A stretch of DNA of 64,000 nucleotides, from contig NC_043014.1 in NCBI RefSeq assembly GCF_006345805.1, positions 45,198,001-45,262,000 on the forward strand, given 5' to 3'. The notes below the pieces were generated by a model, which had not been told where the DNA came from, ran no database searches, and saw only the letters and a program-made list of their open reading frames with translations. The stretch is from Octopus sinensis (Eukaryota). Below, piece after piece: positions 1-13,600 of the stretch. Positions within the stretch are counted from its first letter, which is position 1, and every line of letters begins with the position of its first letter. The position numbers were made by a program, and so were the translations under genes.

Positions 1-619
1 TCATACCATTGATAGACAGACAGCAAAGCACAGAGTTTCAGACACTACTTAAGGGTTAACATCCAACCATTGATTTGCTGTCATCTGTAATATTATAGCA
101 ATTAGAGTAACAGAACATGCTTTTTTCAACAGATTTCTCTCTGCAGACAAGAAATGTGCTAGTAAATCTAATAAAAGGCAGCACAAAGGTACTCTGTCAA
201 ATAACATAGGGTCCAGAGCTAGGATAAAAGGATTATTGTATATAGTGCTATCAATGAAGTGTTTCACTTTTCAATTATTTTGATATCGCTAATGACCAGA
301 AACATTCATTAATTATTTCTACTCATTTATACATGAAAAATAAAAACAACATTAATTTAGGTTAAATGTTTTCGACTATTGAACCCAAAGGTGACAGGTT
401 CAAATCCATTCACAGATACTATATTTTGTTCCTGGAAAATGTTCATTCTTCTTGGAAGAACAAAAGTTATTGGTATTAGAAAGGATACTCAGTAATAAAA
501 ATATATTTCAACTTAGGCAACTGTTGGAATTTTTCTAAGCACCAACCCTATACTCTGACAGAAAAAAAGACATTTTTAGACCAAAATCCACTCATGCAAA
601 GATAGAAAACAAATGTGAA

Positions 620-790
620 AACTGTGATTAGGAAGCTTGCTTCTGAACTACATGGTTTTGGGCTCAGTATCACTGTGTGGTACCTTGCGCAAATGTCTTC
701 TGATATAGCCTCAAGCCGACCAGACCTTTGGGATTGAATTTGATAAGTGGATGTTCCCATTGTGTGTGTACATGTGTGTATAAGAGTTTG
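620..790 (+). mobile_element. Decayed 5' half of tRNA-derived SINE (family A)
   Basis: Diverged match to the head of the intact copy at 9153 (gaagcttgcttc..catggtt..ggtaccttg.gcaaatgtcttc..tatagcctc), ending in a TG repeat. Confidence 0.6.
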
Positions 791-990
791 TGCCTCCTAA
801 CAAAGAGGAAGGAATATGATGGCCAACTTAATATATCTTTAATGATGAATAAAGTTAATTTCTTTTACAAGTTGAGTGTAAGAAAGTACGAAATATGATT
901 AAATTCATTTGTTTTTAATTAAACAATAGCATGATAGTAATATATCTCAACAAAAGCCACTTAATCTTATAAGTGATTAATCTTATAAGT

Positions 991-1139
991 TGGCGTTAGG
1001 AAGGGCATCCAGCTGTAGAAACACTGCCAGATCAGACTGGAGCCTGGTACAGCCTCCTGGTTCCCAGACCCCGGTCGAACCGTCCAGCCCATGCTACCAT
1101 GGAAAACGGACGTTAAACGATGATGATGATGATGATGAT
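991..1139 (+). mobile_element. 3' terminus of RTE-type LINE with (GAT)n tail, young copy
   Basis: ggcgttaggaagggcatccagctgtagaaac...catggaaaacggacgttaaacgatgatgat; CpGs retained; the same tail is joined to RTE ORF remnants at 35454 and 51290-51793. Confidence 0.75.
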
Positions 1140-2589
1140 TAAAAGCATCAATTTGAGGTGAAATAGTAAAACAGGCAACTGATGGGACTAGAACCACACA
1201 TATACATTGTTTGCCAGGTGAGTACATTACCAATTGCATGCAAATGCTCTATAATGTAATCAGTAATATGATCACTTGCCAAATGAGTGCTTATGTTCCA
1301 TATCATTTACATTAAAATTACTTCCTAATCTGTAACAGTTTATGGTGTACATCAAGCATAAACATAACTCTGAGATCGGCAACATCTCACCAAAACGTGC
1401 CTGATATATTTTATGTAATAAAACACATACGCAATTAATGTTTACAAAAACCTGAAGGGAGAGGGCTGAGAAGAACAATTTTTTAAAATATATTCCAAAA
1501 AAGTTATATCCAATTAATAACAGCCTATTTTTATTCAAATTCAACATTGTATTTTGTTTAAATATTGATTAATGTAACTAATGTAACAGAGATAACACAA
1601 TCAATATGAACACATTTCGTGTATTGCATGATGACAAATCTACCTACCTATATTGATTTCATAAATATATGACCAAATATTAATTGATGAGAGATATGGG
1701 AGTTTTGTGACATTCACTTTTTCCCTATTGAAGCACTAGAAACTGTTACGACCAGAATGGAAACTGGCTTTCAGGTTTAATTGAGAGTTTACTATTCTCA
1801 CACTCGGGCAGGATTTCTTTTCCAGAAGTATATGGTCAATTTTTCAAAAGGTTATGGTTCAGTGAATCAACCCCATTTCATGGATCTTAGCAAAATGGAA
1901 AGTAAATTTGACTCTAACAGAGTTTATTTAGACTCAAAGAGAAAAGACAAAATACCGTAAAGCAGGGAGTACTTTCAATTTCAAATTGTAATAAGTGTAA
2001 GATGATATAAACATGAAAATTAGTAAATAAATTCTTTTGCTTTAAAGCTTATATGTTCAAAGATACCTGTCAAATAGCACAAGATCGTCATAGCTAGAAA
2101 CCTCGATCCAACTTCCTTTTTGATTAGCCATCTGGGTGTCAGATGTTAGCCCAGGACTAATTTAGAGCTAAATAACAATATCTGTAACATTCTATGAACT
2201 TCAATTCATAAGCTAGATGCCTTAGTTACCTAATCAACCAACACTTCACTTTCAATAAAAGTATTACTAATTCTTGATTCTCATACTGGTACGAAATAGG
2301 ATTTTCGAATTTTTGTAGAAAATATTATCCTGCTTTTTCTAGGAACATTAGAAAAATATATAAAGCGAAGCATTTACAATCAGGAATCAAAGTCAAATTG
2401 TAGGCTCAGTTCACTGAGAAATCACAGTAACTTGCAAATGGTAACAGCAATAATACCAACAATCATAGTAATACTAATTTCTTTTGACTAGCATCAAGGA
2501 GCATAGACCTACTTGCCTTCATGTCCAACAGTGGCCACTCTTATGCAGATGATATGGTCCTTCATTCTTCTTTAAGCTTCTTCACTCAA

Positions 2590-3230
2590 GTGTCATCCAC
2601 ATTCCACTTCACTCCAAACCTGTACTGGACTCCATAAACAGAGACCACAAATGCATCCACCAATGGAGCCATATTAATCCTGTCTTTTTCAATAGCAAAA
2701 AAACACAAGCACTGCTCATACCAAAAAAAAACATCTTTGCACCTCACTCCTCTTGAACACAGACAGCACCCAAGGGCCCATGCAATCACTCCAAATAGCA
2801 AATACTCATCTTTAACAATGCTAGAACTGCATCTCAAAACTGGCCTGTCTTTTCAGAGCCAGAAAATACATCAAGCCATAATAATTACTAACCCTCAACA
2901 AAGTTCAGATGAGACCCATACTGGAATACTGCTCCATATCTGTGATAGTCCTGCTGCAAACACAGACCACATCCAGAGAAAGGCCACTCAATTGACTGGC
3001 GTAAGGTCACCACAGACACACTTGAACCAAAGACATGATATCTCCTCTCTCTACCTTTTCTATCAGTACTTACAATAGCTTCTGCTCCTTGGATCGCATT
3101 GATCTATCCAGGCACTCATTTTTTGACTCATCCTTTCATCATCCATGTTATGTCCAACTTTTGTAGGCTCCTCACTAACCACTACACCTATTCCTTCTGC
3201 CCAAGAAAACCATCCCTCTGAAATTCCTTT
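2590..3230 (+). mobile_element. Decayed CR1/L2-clade LINE, C-terminal part of RT ORF
   Basis: Translations resemble the CR1 ORF2 C-terminus (DHIQRKATQL, RHDISSLYLFYQY, HYTYSFCPRK) with frameshifts and stops. Confidence 0.65.
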
Positions 3231-6200
3231 CTTGCAATCACTGATTTGTAATAGCTTAAACAGAATGTTAACATTATCTCACCAATCATAACGGACTTGC
3301 AAAGGCCATGGATACTGCTTTCTTCCTTCAGAACTAGCAACTTAAAGCAAAAAAACCTAACCCTGGTGAAATTTGAACTATGGTTATATAAAAACAACAC
3401 TAAATGTTGAAAGTTATTCAGTCAAAAGCTCTGCCATTTCTATTCACCTAACACTCTAAATTCTATATAACAATGCCATTTTAAGAACATTATCCCTCTC
3501 ACTCAGTACAAACAAACTCAAAAACATATAGACAAAAACAGGAAGAACATAAAACCTAAATAGAACTCAATTGCAGTATATCTTGAATACCAGAACAGAG
3601 GAATGAACCTTATCGTTTAACTTACTGCCTATGTACCATAAGGCTCCTCAATCAATGCTAGTTGGGTTGCACAACAACATATCACTCTCAGTTGTAATAA
3701 TATTAATATCAAAAGAAAACATATAAAAATGTTCATCAGTAAAGAGAATTCACAAGAACCATTAACTGTTAATACACAAACCCAATTATTTAATTGCAGC
3801 TGTTATGCTACAATATATAACACACAAGAAGTACATACATAGAGAGAAAGAGAGTTTTTACAAAGACTATCATTTTACTACAGACACTCTGATTTGTAAT
3901 AGTTGCAATGTAATCACACACAAACGCATACATCAGCCATTAAATTATTTATTTTAAAGTGAATTCAAGATTTTCTAGATAACAGTATAAGAAAATTTCA
4001 GGTATCATCAACTAATTGCTAAGTTTAAAATTTACAAAAATATATGTTATGCATTTCTTAGAAACTTTAGCGAAATCAATATATGTTTCACTACACACTA
4101 GGTATGTAATATTAAACAATGATAAAACCACAATAAAGTGATGTTTTTTGTACTAAGTGTAGAATATGTAAAAAGAAAATGGTTCAGTCACTAAAATAAA
4201 CAGTAAGACAATTACACTGAATTTCTTTCTAGAAAACTAAGTATGAAATACGATAATAAAAATACAGCTAGATTAGACCTTGACAACATATGGAAAGAAT
4301 CTCAGGTGGACATAAATAAAAGGAAAGATTCTAAGTAAATCAGAAAAGAGAATCGACTCAACTCTTGTTCAGAAGCCTAGATTTTAGAGCATGTATTAAA
4401 CAATCATGATGAATACAGTTGTTCAAACATCTTTCTAGATCAGGAGTGAGGAGACTCTGCCCACAGGTACAATTGTGCCCACAAGCCTATTTTATTCTGC
4501 CTGCAGGCTGATATACTCATATGTACAAAATATAGTAAATTTTTCAATCATAAAATTTATACAATATTTTCATGCCTATTTGCGACATAGGTCACATTTC
4601 CACTACAACTTAAAACGGTTAGACTCAAACAGAAAATCATCCAGTAATTGTCATTTGAATGGAAATTTTGTTTTCACTATAAAACACATATTACTAGGCT
4701 TGTACCACCCCCTTGAGACCCAATTACACTCAAGCTGAAAAATGTAGGATAAATCATAAGTAATATAAATGTCTTAAATTCAGTGGTAGTATTAATGAAG
4801 ATGTTATGCATTAATTTAGTGTGTTAAACTTATCTTTATTAATGTATATCGAATTATACATAGGTATATACAAGATCATCATCATCGTTTAATGTCCGTT
4901 TTCCATGCACTACACAGATATAAGAGTTAGAACTTGTGATTCACCCACGGACCTTATTCTTTGGAAATTTTTGCTCACTGCACTAAAAAGTTATCCCAGC
5001 CCTGTTCTAGATCAATAGTTCCAAAACTCTTTAGCTATGATTTCGTTGCTTTCATGAATTTCCCCAATTCCTCCTACACACTATATTAAAAACAATATTT
5101 ATTATAAAATTGTTTATGAACATATTGAATATAATGACACAAAACTATTCCAAGTTCCATAAATCTCATAGTCCTTGTGGTAGATAGATAGCTGTGCTCA
5201 ATTTGAGGAACCCCTAAACTAGGTGATGATGTCTGACAATGAATGCATATGAAATTCAAAATCACATTAATTTTTCAACTAAAATTTTTGAATCATCAAC
5301 GGAACATTTTACAATTTTAAGTTTGAATTTGTTGAAGCTTAACTTAACCCAAACACAGAATCTCAGATTGGTAAACTATTCCATTGCCAAAGCATTTGAA
5401 TAAGCACCACCACCACCCACCTCCCCATAAAAGATTAACCTTAGTGCTGTTCAACGACAACAGCAAAATGTAATTCATATGTGACTGTGATACATTAAAG
5501 ATTTTCTGAACAAGAATAAGAAATTTGGAAGTATTTACAAATTAATCATATAAGTTAACAAACTAAGCTTCGTAGGAAACAATGTTTTTAAATCTCAAAC
5601 TAAACATGAAATATGATAACAAAAAGTACAGCTACATTAGACCTTGACAACATCCTCTTAAATAATCTACAATGTATTCATTTCCTTCATAATATCAATG
5701 ATAGCTGATGTAGAGACTATAATTTATTTAACAGGAATATGAAATCATTTTTATTTCAAAGTTTTATCAGATTAAAATTTTTAAATGTACAAGACCTTAT
5801 TTTGGTTCTAAAAGAAAAGTTTATTTATCTATATGTAATTAAAAATAAATATCTTGCCCTAGTTTTGATTTGAAAGAATGAAGGCTACTGCAGGCTGAAA
5901 TGAAGAAGAAAGGAAGAGAATGTGATATAACTGGAAATTAAAACACGAATATATTTTATATTACAACTACAAAATTGTTTAGTTTCAAACTAAAAGCAAA
6001 GAAAACATCTTTGGTACTATATATTATTTACTATTTTATATCACAATGACTATTATGTAATGGTATCACATTAGTATACAAGATATTAGTATACCAAGCA
6101 GGATACAATTATTTGTTTAAAGGTACAGCTAGCTGCCTTTGTCTCCTCATAACAAAATGTAACTAGATTTCAGATTCTTTTCTTCTTACAGATGTGTTGT

Positions 6201-9152
6201 GCTGTAAATATTTATAACTAAAAACAACTGGTGCTCATTTTTGAAACATGGTATATAAGATTAGTATAATCTATGATATTTATATGCAACATATTCTGTT
6301 AAATATGTAAAGGATTTGAAGTTAAGTAAAGAATATATTTCTGTTTTCATATGGCTTCCTACAAGAAAATCTTTTGAAAGTTAGTAGCTAAAGCTTGGAT
6401 AGTGTAAGCATTTCAGAGCGATAGAGAAGGATAAAGTAAAATATTTAGTATAACGTATAGAAGGATAGCATAAAGTGGTGGCAAAAGAAGGATGATAGGT
6501 TTCACCAGAGTTGGTAACCAACCATTAAGTTGAGAGAAGCAGAAACCATTGCATTGCTAGAAAAAGAAACTGATCAAAGACAAAGCTCAAAATGAGCCAG
6601 TATCGCTGAGTGATATTTTAACAATCAATTATGCAGACTTTTTATACAAGCTATCAAGTATTTGGGTCAATGATGAATTTTCCATCCTAAATATGTCAGC
6701 CCTTTGTTGAGTAAAAAAGGAATATTTAGATATTTTACTCATGCTAAAGAATTGTAATCCATTTTATTATAAAAAAATAATAATAAATATATAGGTCATT
6801 TCCTAACTTATGCTAATAGCTACTGTATAAACCCTTTTTATATGAGGGCTTCGGTGCACAATTTCATCTGTTTAGGATATAAATAGTAAAATATTTATTT
6901 AAGATAAACTGAGGTAATTTAGCAAAACTACACACTTCTTTACTTTGAAGCCAATTATAGAAATAATAATTCTGCCTCTTTAACAAAAGTATATGATATA
7001 TCTGACCAATTCTACCATTCGACACACATTGAAACCAATACCACATCTAAAAAAGGGATGAAACATCTCAAATAATATCAAATTAAAATGTGAAGATGCT
7101 TTAGATAGATCGTGTGTCACAGTCTAGTAGTTATTTAGAGCAAAACATTTATTCAACTAAATTCACACAGAAGCCTATCAAAACACACAAACGAAGGTAA
7201 CATATGGTCTGGGGCTATAAATTTCAGTAAAAAAATAATATATATATCTACATGCTAAGGTGCAAAATCTAGTACTAACAGACTGGCTTTGTAGGATAGC
7301 TTCATATTAGTGCTGATTGGTATCAGAAAAGAATAAATTCAGAAGGAATGTGTTTTCATCTCTGGATATGACACTTTTAGGAGAACATTTTGCTGAAGTT
7401 CCCATAAAAAACTTTATGTATGCACTATTTATTTACTAAATTTAGAAATGTGAGAGCATCAGCTACATTGTTGATTTCCCAACATTTTTAAACATTTTCT
7501 TCATGATACATCATTTCCAGATCTCTCTCTCTCTCTAGCATTACTTTGAAAGAGAGGGTCTCAAAACACTATTTAAAAAATGATCTTACAAGAACTTGTT
7601 AAACCCAAAGCTTAACTTAACTCACTGTTTATCCTCAAAGGAGCTTTTTCAAACATAGTGCCCGCTTAAGCCATCTCAAAATCCTTTGTAACTACACTTA
7701 AATATAAACCAAGAGAGAGCCTCCACATGGTCAATCAACTTGCTAAAAATAGTAGCAGCCAAATCTGCCTTAAAATTACGCCATATAAGGAGAAGCCACA
7801 TCAGAAAATGTAATTCTATATATTCCTAAAAAGACAGCATGGTAATGGCTGAAATGCCTTTGACAACAGGTCTACTTAAGGGTCAACTGAGTCTTAACAA
7901 CATCAAAATAGACAGACGCTTTCCATCAAATTTAATCTCAATGCAAATTTGCACATCACACAGTATTTCTACCATCCTTTTATGCACCTCTATATTACTA
8001 ATTCTTCTTTTATTCATTCAAGATTAAAAATGAATCTAAAGAACTCTGTCATAAAGCTATCAAGTCTCTCTGATGCTCCATTAATAAGCCATCGCCTAAA
8101 TTAAGTGTAATTTAGAATCAAAGTTCACAGAGTGCATTCTTTCTTAATCTTGTAAAAAGAAAATCAGAGATCAATCAGGTTTTCTATAATTTCCCCACAC
8201 CAGTTCTTGCAGGAATTTTAGTCATCAATAGATGTTCGGAAAGCAATATGAAAGAAAAAAGGTGGTGTAAATGAAAATGAATGAAGTTAAGTAATTAACA
8301 AATAACATGTTAGTAGAAAAATTAGTTAAAAATTGGGAAAATCAGGACGTGTTAAAAGAAATAATCTGAAGGAAACTAAACTAGATTACAATATTTAAAC
8401 ATCTGATCTTATGATTTTGTTTGGAGTTAGACCTATTTATTCCAAGATTCCCAACAATTAAAACACTAAAGCCGTTGATATGATTGAAAGAAATTCAAAC
8501 ACCCATTAGGACCAGGAACATATTTCCATACTTAGTTCTGGTTACATGACATGAAGGGATGAGAGATGAATTTTTCTTTCAATAGGACATCGATCTATTA
8601 AAAATAACAGTCCCAGATGATCAGATACCTATTCCTGAAATGAAATGAAATATCAGTATTCTACACAGAAACCCAAGAAAAGGAATGTACCTGATTTGAA
8701 ATCGTGACCTATTGGTATGTGGCCTAATACATTATCCATTTAGCCATCTGCCTCTTCGTGGCAATGACCTTATTTAATCATGTTTAACTTTTTTGACTAT
8801 TTACCACTCAACTTCTCAGGCTACCATTCAAATAGGTAGGTAGTTTACAACTGGATATATTTTGTTGATTCTAAGCACTCCACCACAAAGGACTGGAACA
8901 CACACATATTTTCAGCAAGACAAACTGAGGCAAGAAAAGAAACTTGTTATGTACAAGACTATAATCCAACAGTTGCAGGTAGGTTACAACAATATTTCAA
9001 CACATGATGCTAGTTTATATTCCTCATGAATAATTCCTTGGTAGTAAATAAAGGTTTAATACAGTTTCAGCTTTGCAACAACAAATATAATTTTTAATGG
9101 AGATCATTTGTAGACCAAGAAAGATGTTCCTTTAACAGTGAATGTTTACATA

Positions 9153-9544
9153 GGCGCAGGAGTGGCTGTGTGGTAAGTAGCTTGTTTACCAACCACATGG
9201 TTCCGGGTTCAGTCCCACTGCGTGGCACCTTGGGCAAGAGTCTTCTACTATAGCCTCTGGCCGACCAAAGCCTTGTGAGTGGATTTGGTAGACGGAAACT
9301 GTATATATATGTATATATATGTGTGTGTGTGTTTGTGTTTGTCCCCCTAGCATTGCTTGACAACTGATGCTGGTGTGTTTATGTCCCCGTTACCTAGCGG
9401 TTCAGCAAAAGAGACCGATAGAATAAGTACTGGCCTTACAAAAGAATAAGTCCCGGAATCGAGTTGCTCGATTAAAGGCGGTGCTCCAGCATGGCCGCAG
9501 TCAAATGACTGAAACAAGTAAAAGAGTAAAAGAGAGTAAGAGTA
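9153..9544 (+). mobile_element. Full-length tRNA-derived SINE (family A, octopus-type)
   Basis: A-box-like gtggctgtgtgg, B-box-like ggttcagtccc, internal (TA)/(TG) microsatellite, 3' GAGTAAAA tail; near-identical copies at 30185 and 54639. Confidence 0.9.
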
Positions 9545-9834
9545 TGCGGTAACAAAGTAGGTCGAGACAAGTGATGACCACTTGTCTGATTGGGATGATT
9601 CTGGCTCCACAGGAGATGAACTCAGTATTGTAAGCTTATAAATCATTTGATAATTTTGAAAGGATGCTTGCAGCCATCAGTTGTTCATAACATGGGCTAC
9701 CACTTTACAGCTAGGAGGACTGGGTTATAAGAGTCAGGTGTCATTGTTACAAGCAAACTTACATGAACGACAATATATGATGCTGACTGTGCCCCTACTT
9801 CTCTGTGTATGTGTGTGTGCATAAGTGTATATAT

Positions 9835-10330
9835 ATCACCATCATCATTTTACATCCACTTGCCATACTGGCATGGGTTGGACCATTTGAAAGAATCTGA
9901 CAGGTTGAAAGTCCAAGTCTTGCTTGCTTCAGCATTTCAGTCTGGACTTGTTTTCTAGAGTTGGATGTCCTTCCTAGCACCAACCAGTACACATTACAAA
10001 GTGCAGATTGTGCATCTTTTCAAGGCACCAGCACTGTAGTGTCTTGCTGTAGACAAAATTGCATTTTTCTTTACATGATTCACCAATTCTTACAAGAAGG
10101 GGAAGACTGACCAACATATAACATCATTCTCCTTTTAACATCTATTTATGCATGAGATGAGACTTAGTAGAGAATTTTCTATGGTCAAATGCCCTTCTTG
10201 ACACCAAACCTCACCTGTTTTCAAGCAAGGTAATAATTTCCCCTGTCTATTAAACAATAGGCACCTTGAACATGCTTTCACAAAAGACTGCATGCAAACA
10301 ATACTGCTTGTATGAATGGTGGTATTGCCC
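9835..10330 (-). mobile_element. Two decayed RTE 3'-tail fragments
   Basis: catcatcattttacatcc...ggatgtccttcct and catcattctccttttaacatc...atgcccttcttgacaccaaacctcacctgttttcaagcaaggtaat, the reverse of the tail at 991. Confidence 0.6.
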
Positions 10331-10959
10331 CAGCATGGCCACAGTCCAATGAGTGAAACAACAGGTAATATATATATATATATATATATATAAGGGACAG
10401 ACAGACATATAGAAAGACACTTTTTACTATTTTTACTATTACCATTAACTCATCAAATATAATAGTAATTTCAAACTTCTAAAATGGTTGATTTTTTTTG
10501 ATGAAGCATAAAGCTCATTCTTAAGGGACCATATAAATTAATATATCTCAATACATTATCGACACCAGTTTAATCAACTTCTAAATGTTAACATCAACTC
10601 AGTTAAGACATATATCTAATGAGTGGTTCTGCCAGACTAATTACAGTAAATCACTTAATCTCATGTCATCACTATCATTTTTACCCTAGAAATAGATATT
10701 ATATAAGTTAACTCAGTCAACACTGAACCCTACAGACAGATACAATCTGGTGTTTATATCACTTGAGATTGAATGACATATCAATTATCTTTCTTGAAGA
10801 ATTTAACCTTTAAAAGTTAACATCTATGCAAGTGACATGGATACTAAGTACAATAAATGGGTCATGACTACTGCAACCAATTACACTTCACAATCGGTTT
10901 AAAAGAAACTAGAAACAAGCCGGCGAAGGAGTCTCTCTCTATCTACCTGGCAGAGATAG

Positions 10960-11650
10960 AAGCCAAGTCTGCCTCACTTGATCATCTAAAAAATTAATTC
11001 ATTTAAAAATTATACATTATACATAAAAAAAAGGCGGGGATTAAATAAGATGAGTTGATCAGACTTGGAATGCTTTCCATCATATTCAACATAGTAGAGA
11101 TAGCAGCCAAATCTCCCTCACCTGACCATCAAAAACAAAAATTAATTCATTTAAAAATGAAACACAAAGACGAAATAAGTTGAGCTGGTCAAAGCAGGAA
11201 TCCTTTCGATCATAAATCTCCTTGAATGGGCTGACATCAAGTTAAACAACAACAGAAAGTAACACATTGCATAATGTAGTCTTAGATATACTATGGCAAA
11301 AATTAAAGGATAATTGTTGCCACAACACCATTAATCAAAGGTCGGCAGGATCAGATTAACCTGGGATTAAACAACAGATAACCGGAATGGTTCACATCTA
11401 AGTTATACACTTACAGTTACATGTATATGCAAACAGTAAGGGAACCTCCATGCGCACTCACAACCTGCTAATAATAGCAGCCAAATGTATGCCTCAATTC
11501 ATATACCCTAATGTCTTAAATAAATGAAATTTTAAAAATAATTAAAAAAATAAATAGGACACATACAAAAAGGAGATGATGGTGATGATGGCTAGAATGT
11601 CTGCTTATTAGTCTGCTGATCAGGATTGACCTGGAGTTAATAAACAACAA
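10960..11650. repeat. Cluster of partial copies of a dispersed repeat (family D, SINE/LINE-tail-like)
   Basis: Motifs atagcagccaaatctccctca and gattgacctggagttaaacaacaaca recur about three times here; related pieces at 7710-7850, 39255-39320, 57300-57360 and reversed at 52015-52090. Confidence 0.6.
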
Positions 11651-11767
11651 CAGTTAATACAAAATACAGAGAGAATAAGGAAGAGATTCACAGAGGATAT
11701 AAATGCAATGAAAAGAAAGAGAAAGGAACAAGGATCGGTTTCAAATACTTTTCAGATTTTATTATAT

Positions 11768-11775
<8 letters not shown>

Positions 11776-11809
<34 letters not shown>

Positions 11810-12380
11810 TTTTTTTTAAATTGAATTCTAATTTTGTTTTCTGAATTCATATTGAAAATTTATGACTTGAATAAATTTCATTTATTATTATTATTTTTTT
11901 TTTTTTTAATTTAAACAGGATGTCGTTGATCAATTAATCTTTCAATTTCGGTACAAGACAAATCATTTTTAAAAGTAATGCTCTAGAAACGAGTTTATAC
12001 ATTTTGATGATTCTTTTTTTTTTTTTTTCCAAGTTTTCAATTAAGACTGAAATGGTTTCATAAAAACCACCTTATTTAATAGCAAAATGGAGTTGAAAAA
12101 AAATATATAAAGCAAGTAAGCAAAAGTGAGATTTTTAAGGGAAAGGAGTATAAATAGCAGCACAAGCTAAATTCAAGCAACAAAAGATGACAAAAAAAAA
12201 TATTGATGATAATGGTAGTAGTAGTAGATGATGATGATGACGATGACTATGATGATGATGATAGTGGTAGAGGAACAGATGACAACCATAATATGGAGGC
12301 TGATGGTAGTGGTAGCAGTAGTGATAAAGATTCACCATGACTGGTCATGGTGAGTCTTTTGAAGTATTGACAAAATCATA

Positions 12381-12416
<36 letters not shown>

Positions 12417-12787
12417 GTGGTGGTGATGATAGCAGTGGTAGAGGTGGTGGTGGTGATGTGTTGTTGGGGTGGGAGGTCAGCAATCTTGTTAGTGGCAGAG
12501 ACAAATGTGATGTTATTTGTTAGTGATATTTTGATTTTTTTTTTGTTTTTTTTTTTCTATTTTTTTAGGGTGCTGAAGAACTAATAATCTCAGTTCCCAT
12601 AAATCTTGATGAGGAAGAGGAAGAGAAGGAACATAAGTAGTGATGATAAAGCTGTCAATGTTGCTTGGGCTTTGACTTGAGGAACTGGTTCAAGAGGAGG
12701 AGGCAGGAGATATGGAGATTGGAGGGAGTTATGATTTCAGTAATCTTGCTAATCACAGTAGTAGTAGTGGTAGTGGTAGTGGTGGTG

Positions 12788-12847
<60 letters not shown>

Positions 12848-13560
12848 TCGATGATGGTGGTGGTGGCGACGATGGTGGTGTTTGAAAAGAAATGAAAATG
12901 ATGTCAAGGGAAACAATGACAATGATACCAAGCAAAGGTGACAGCAGCGGAAAGCTAGCATGCTGCTACTGATGCTTACAATAATTTTTATAATTAATGT
13001 AGTGCAATGTCATACAATTTTCAATTCCCCTCACCGCTCCGAGCACCTTTATTTTATTTTATCTTTTAATGACAACATCGGTAACATGACAGGAAGTGAA
13101 GGGAAAAGCTTGTAAAGAAGTATTGGTAATAGGATGAATCATATCCAGACTAATGTCAACATAAACAAACAGCAGCATGAAGGTGTAAGATTTTTACAAT
13201 TAAGAGCCTGAACTTAACATTTTGAAGAGGAATTCAAAACATTGCAAGCAACTGCTAAAATAATAAAAGGTCTATGCAATGATAAAATACTGTTTATTTC
13301 ATACACAACCTATTTTAGAGATTTCTGCTAAAAGTGGTACCATAAATTTACTGATGGCTTTGATTTAATTCTCAAATCTTTTCAAATCCATGTTCAAATG
13401 GCAAAAATCCATTGATAAATTTCTAAAAATATAATTTTTTTTTTCCTTTTTTTGCTTTTTACTCTTTCAACTGTTTTGTGACAAGTGTTCATGTAACTAT
13501 GATGAATGTGTATGCAAAGGTATGTGAGTATATATAGAGAGAGAGTGTGTGTGTGTATAT

Positions 13561-13600
<40 letters not shown>

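Noticed and set aside
961-990. 14-bp direct repeat beside the RTE tail (also a 17-bp tandem at 62592-62625 and a 9-bp repeat at 44835-44868)
   Set aside because: It does not flank both sides of the element, so it is not a TSD; ordinary slippage duplications.
8600-8655. Strong minus-strand acceptor-like tatttcatttcatttcag
   Set aside because: All three downstream frames stop quickly and no donor or exon can be defined.
8700-8780. tRNA-like A/B boxes on the minus strand (similar sequence near 390)
   Set aside because: No cloverleaf; better explained as decayed SINE heads, so no tRNA gene is called.
9565-9587. 9-bp hairpin containing C-box (GTGATGA) and next to CTGA
   Set aside because: The boxes are far too close together for a C/D snoRNA, and a 9-bp stem is plausible by chance in 64 kb.
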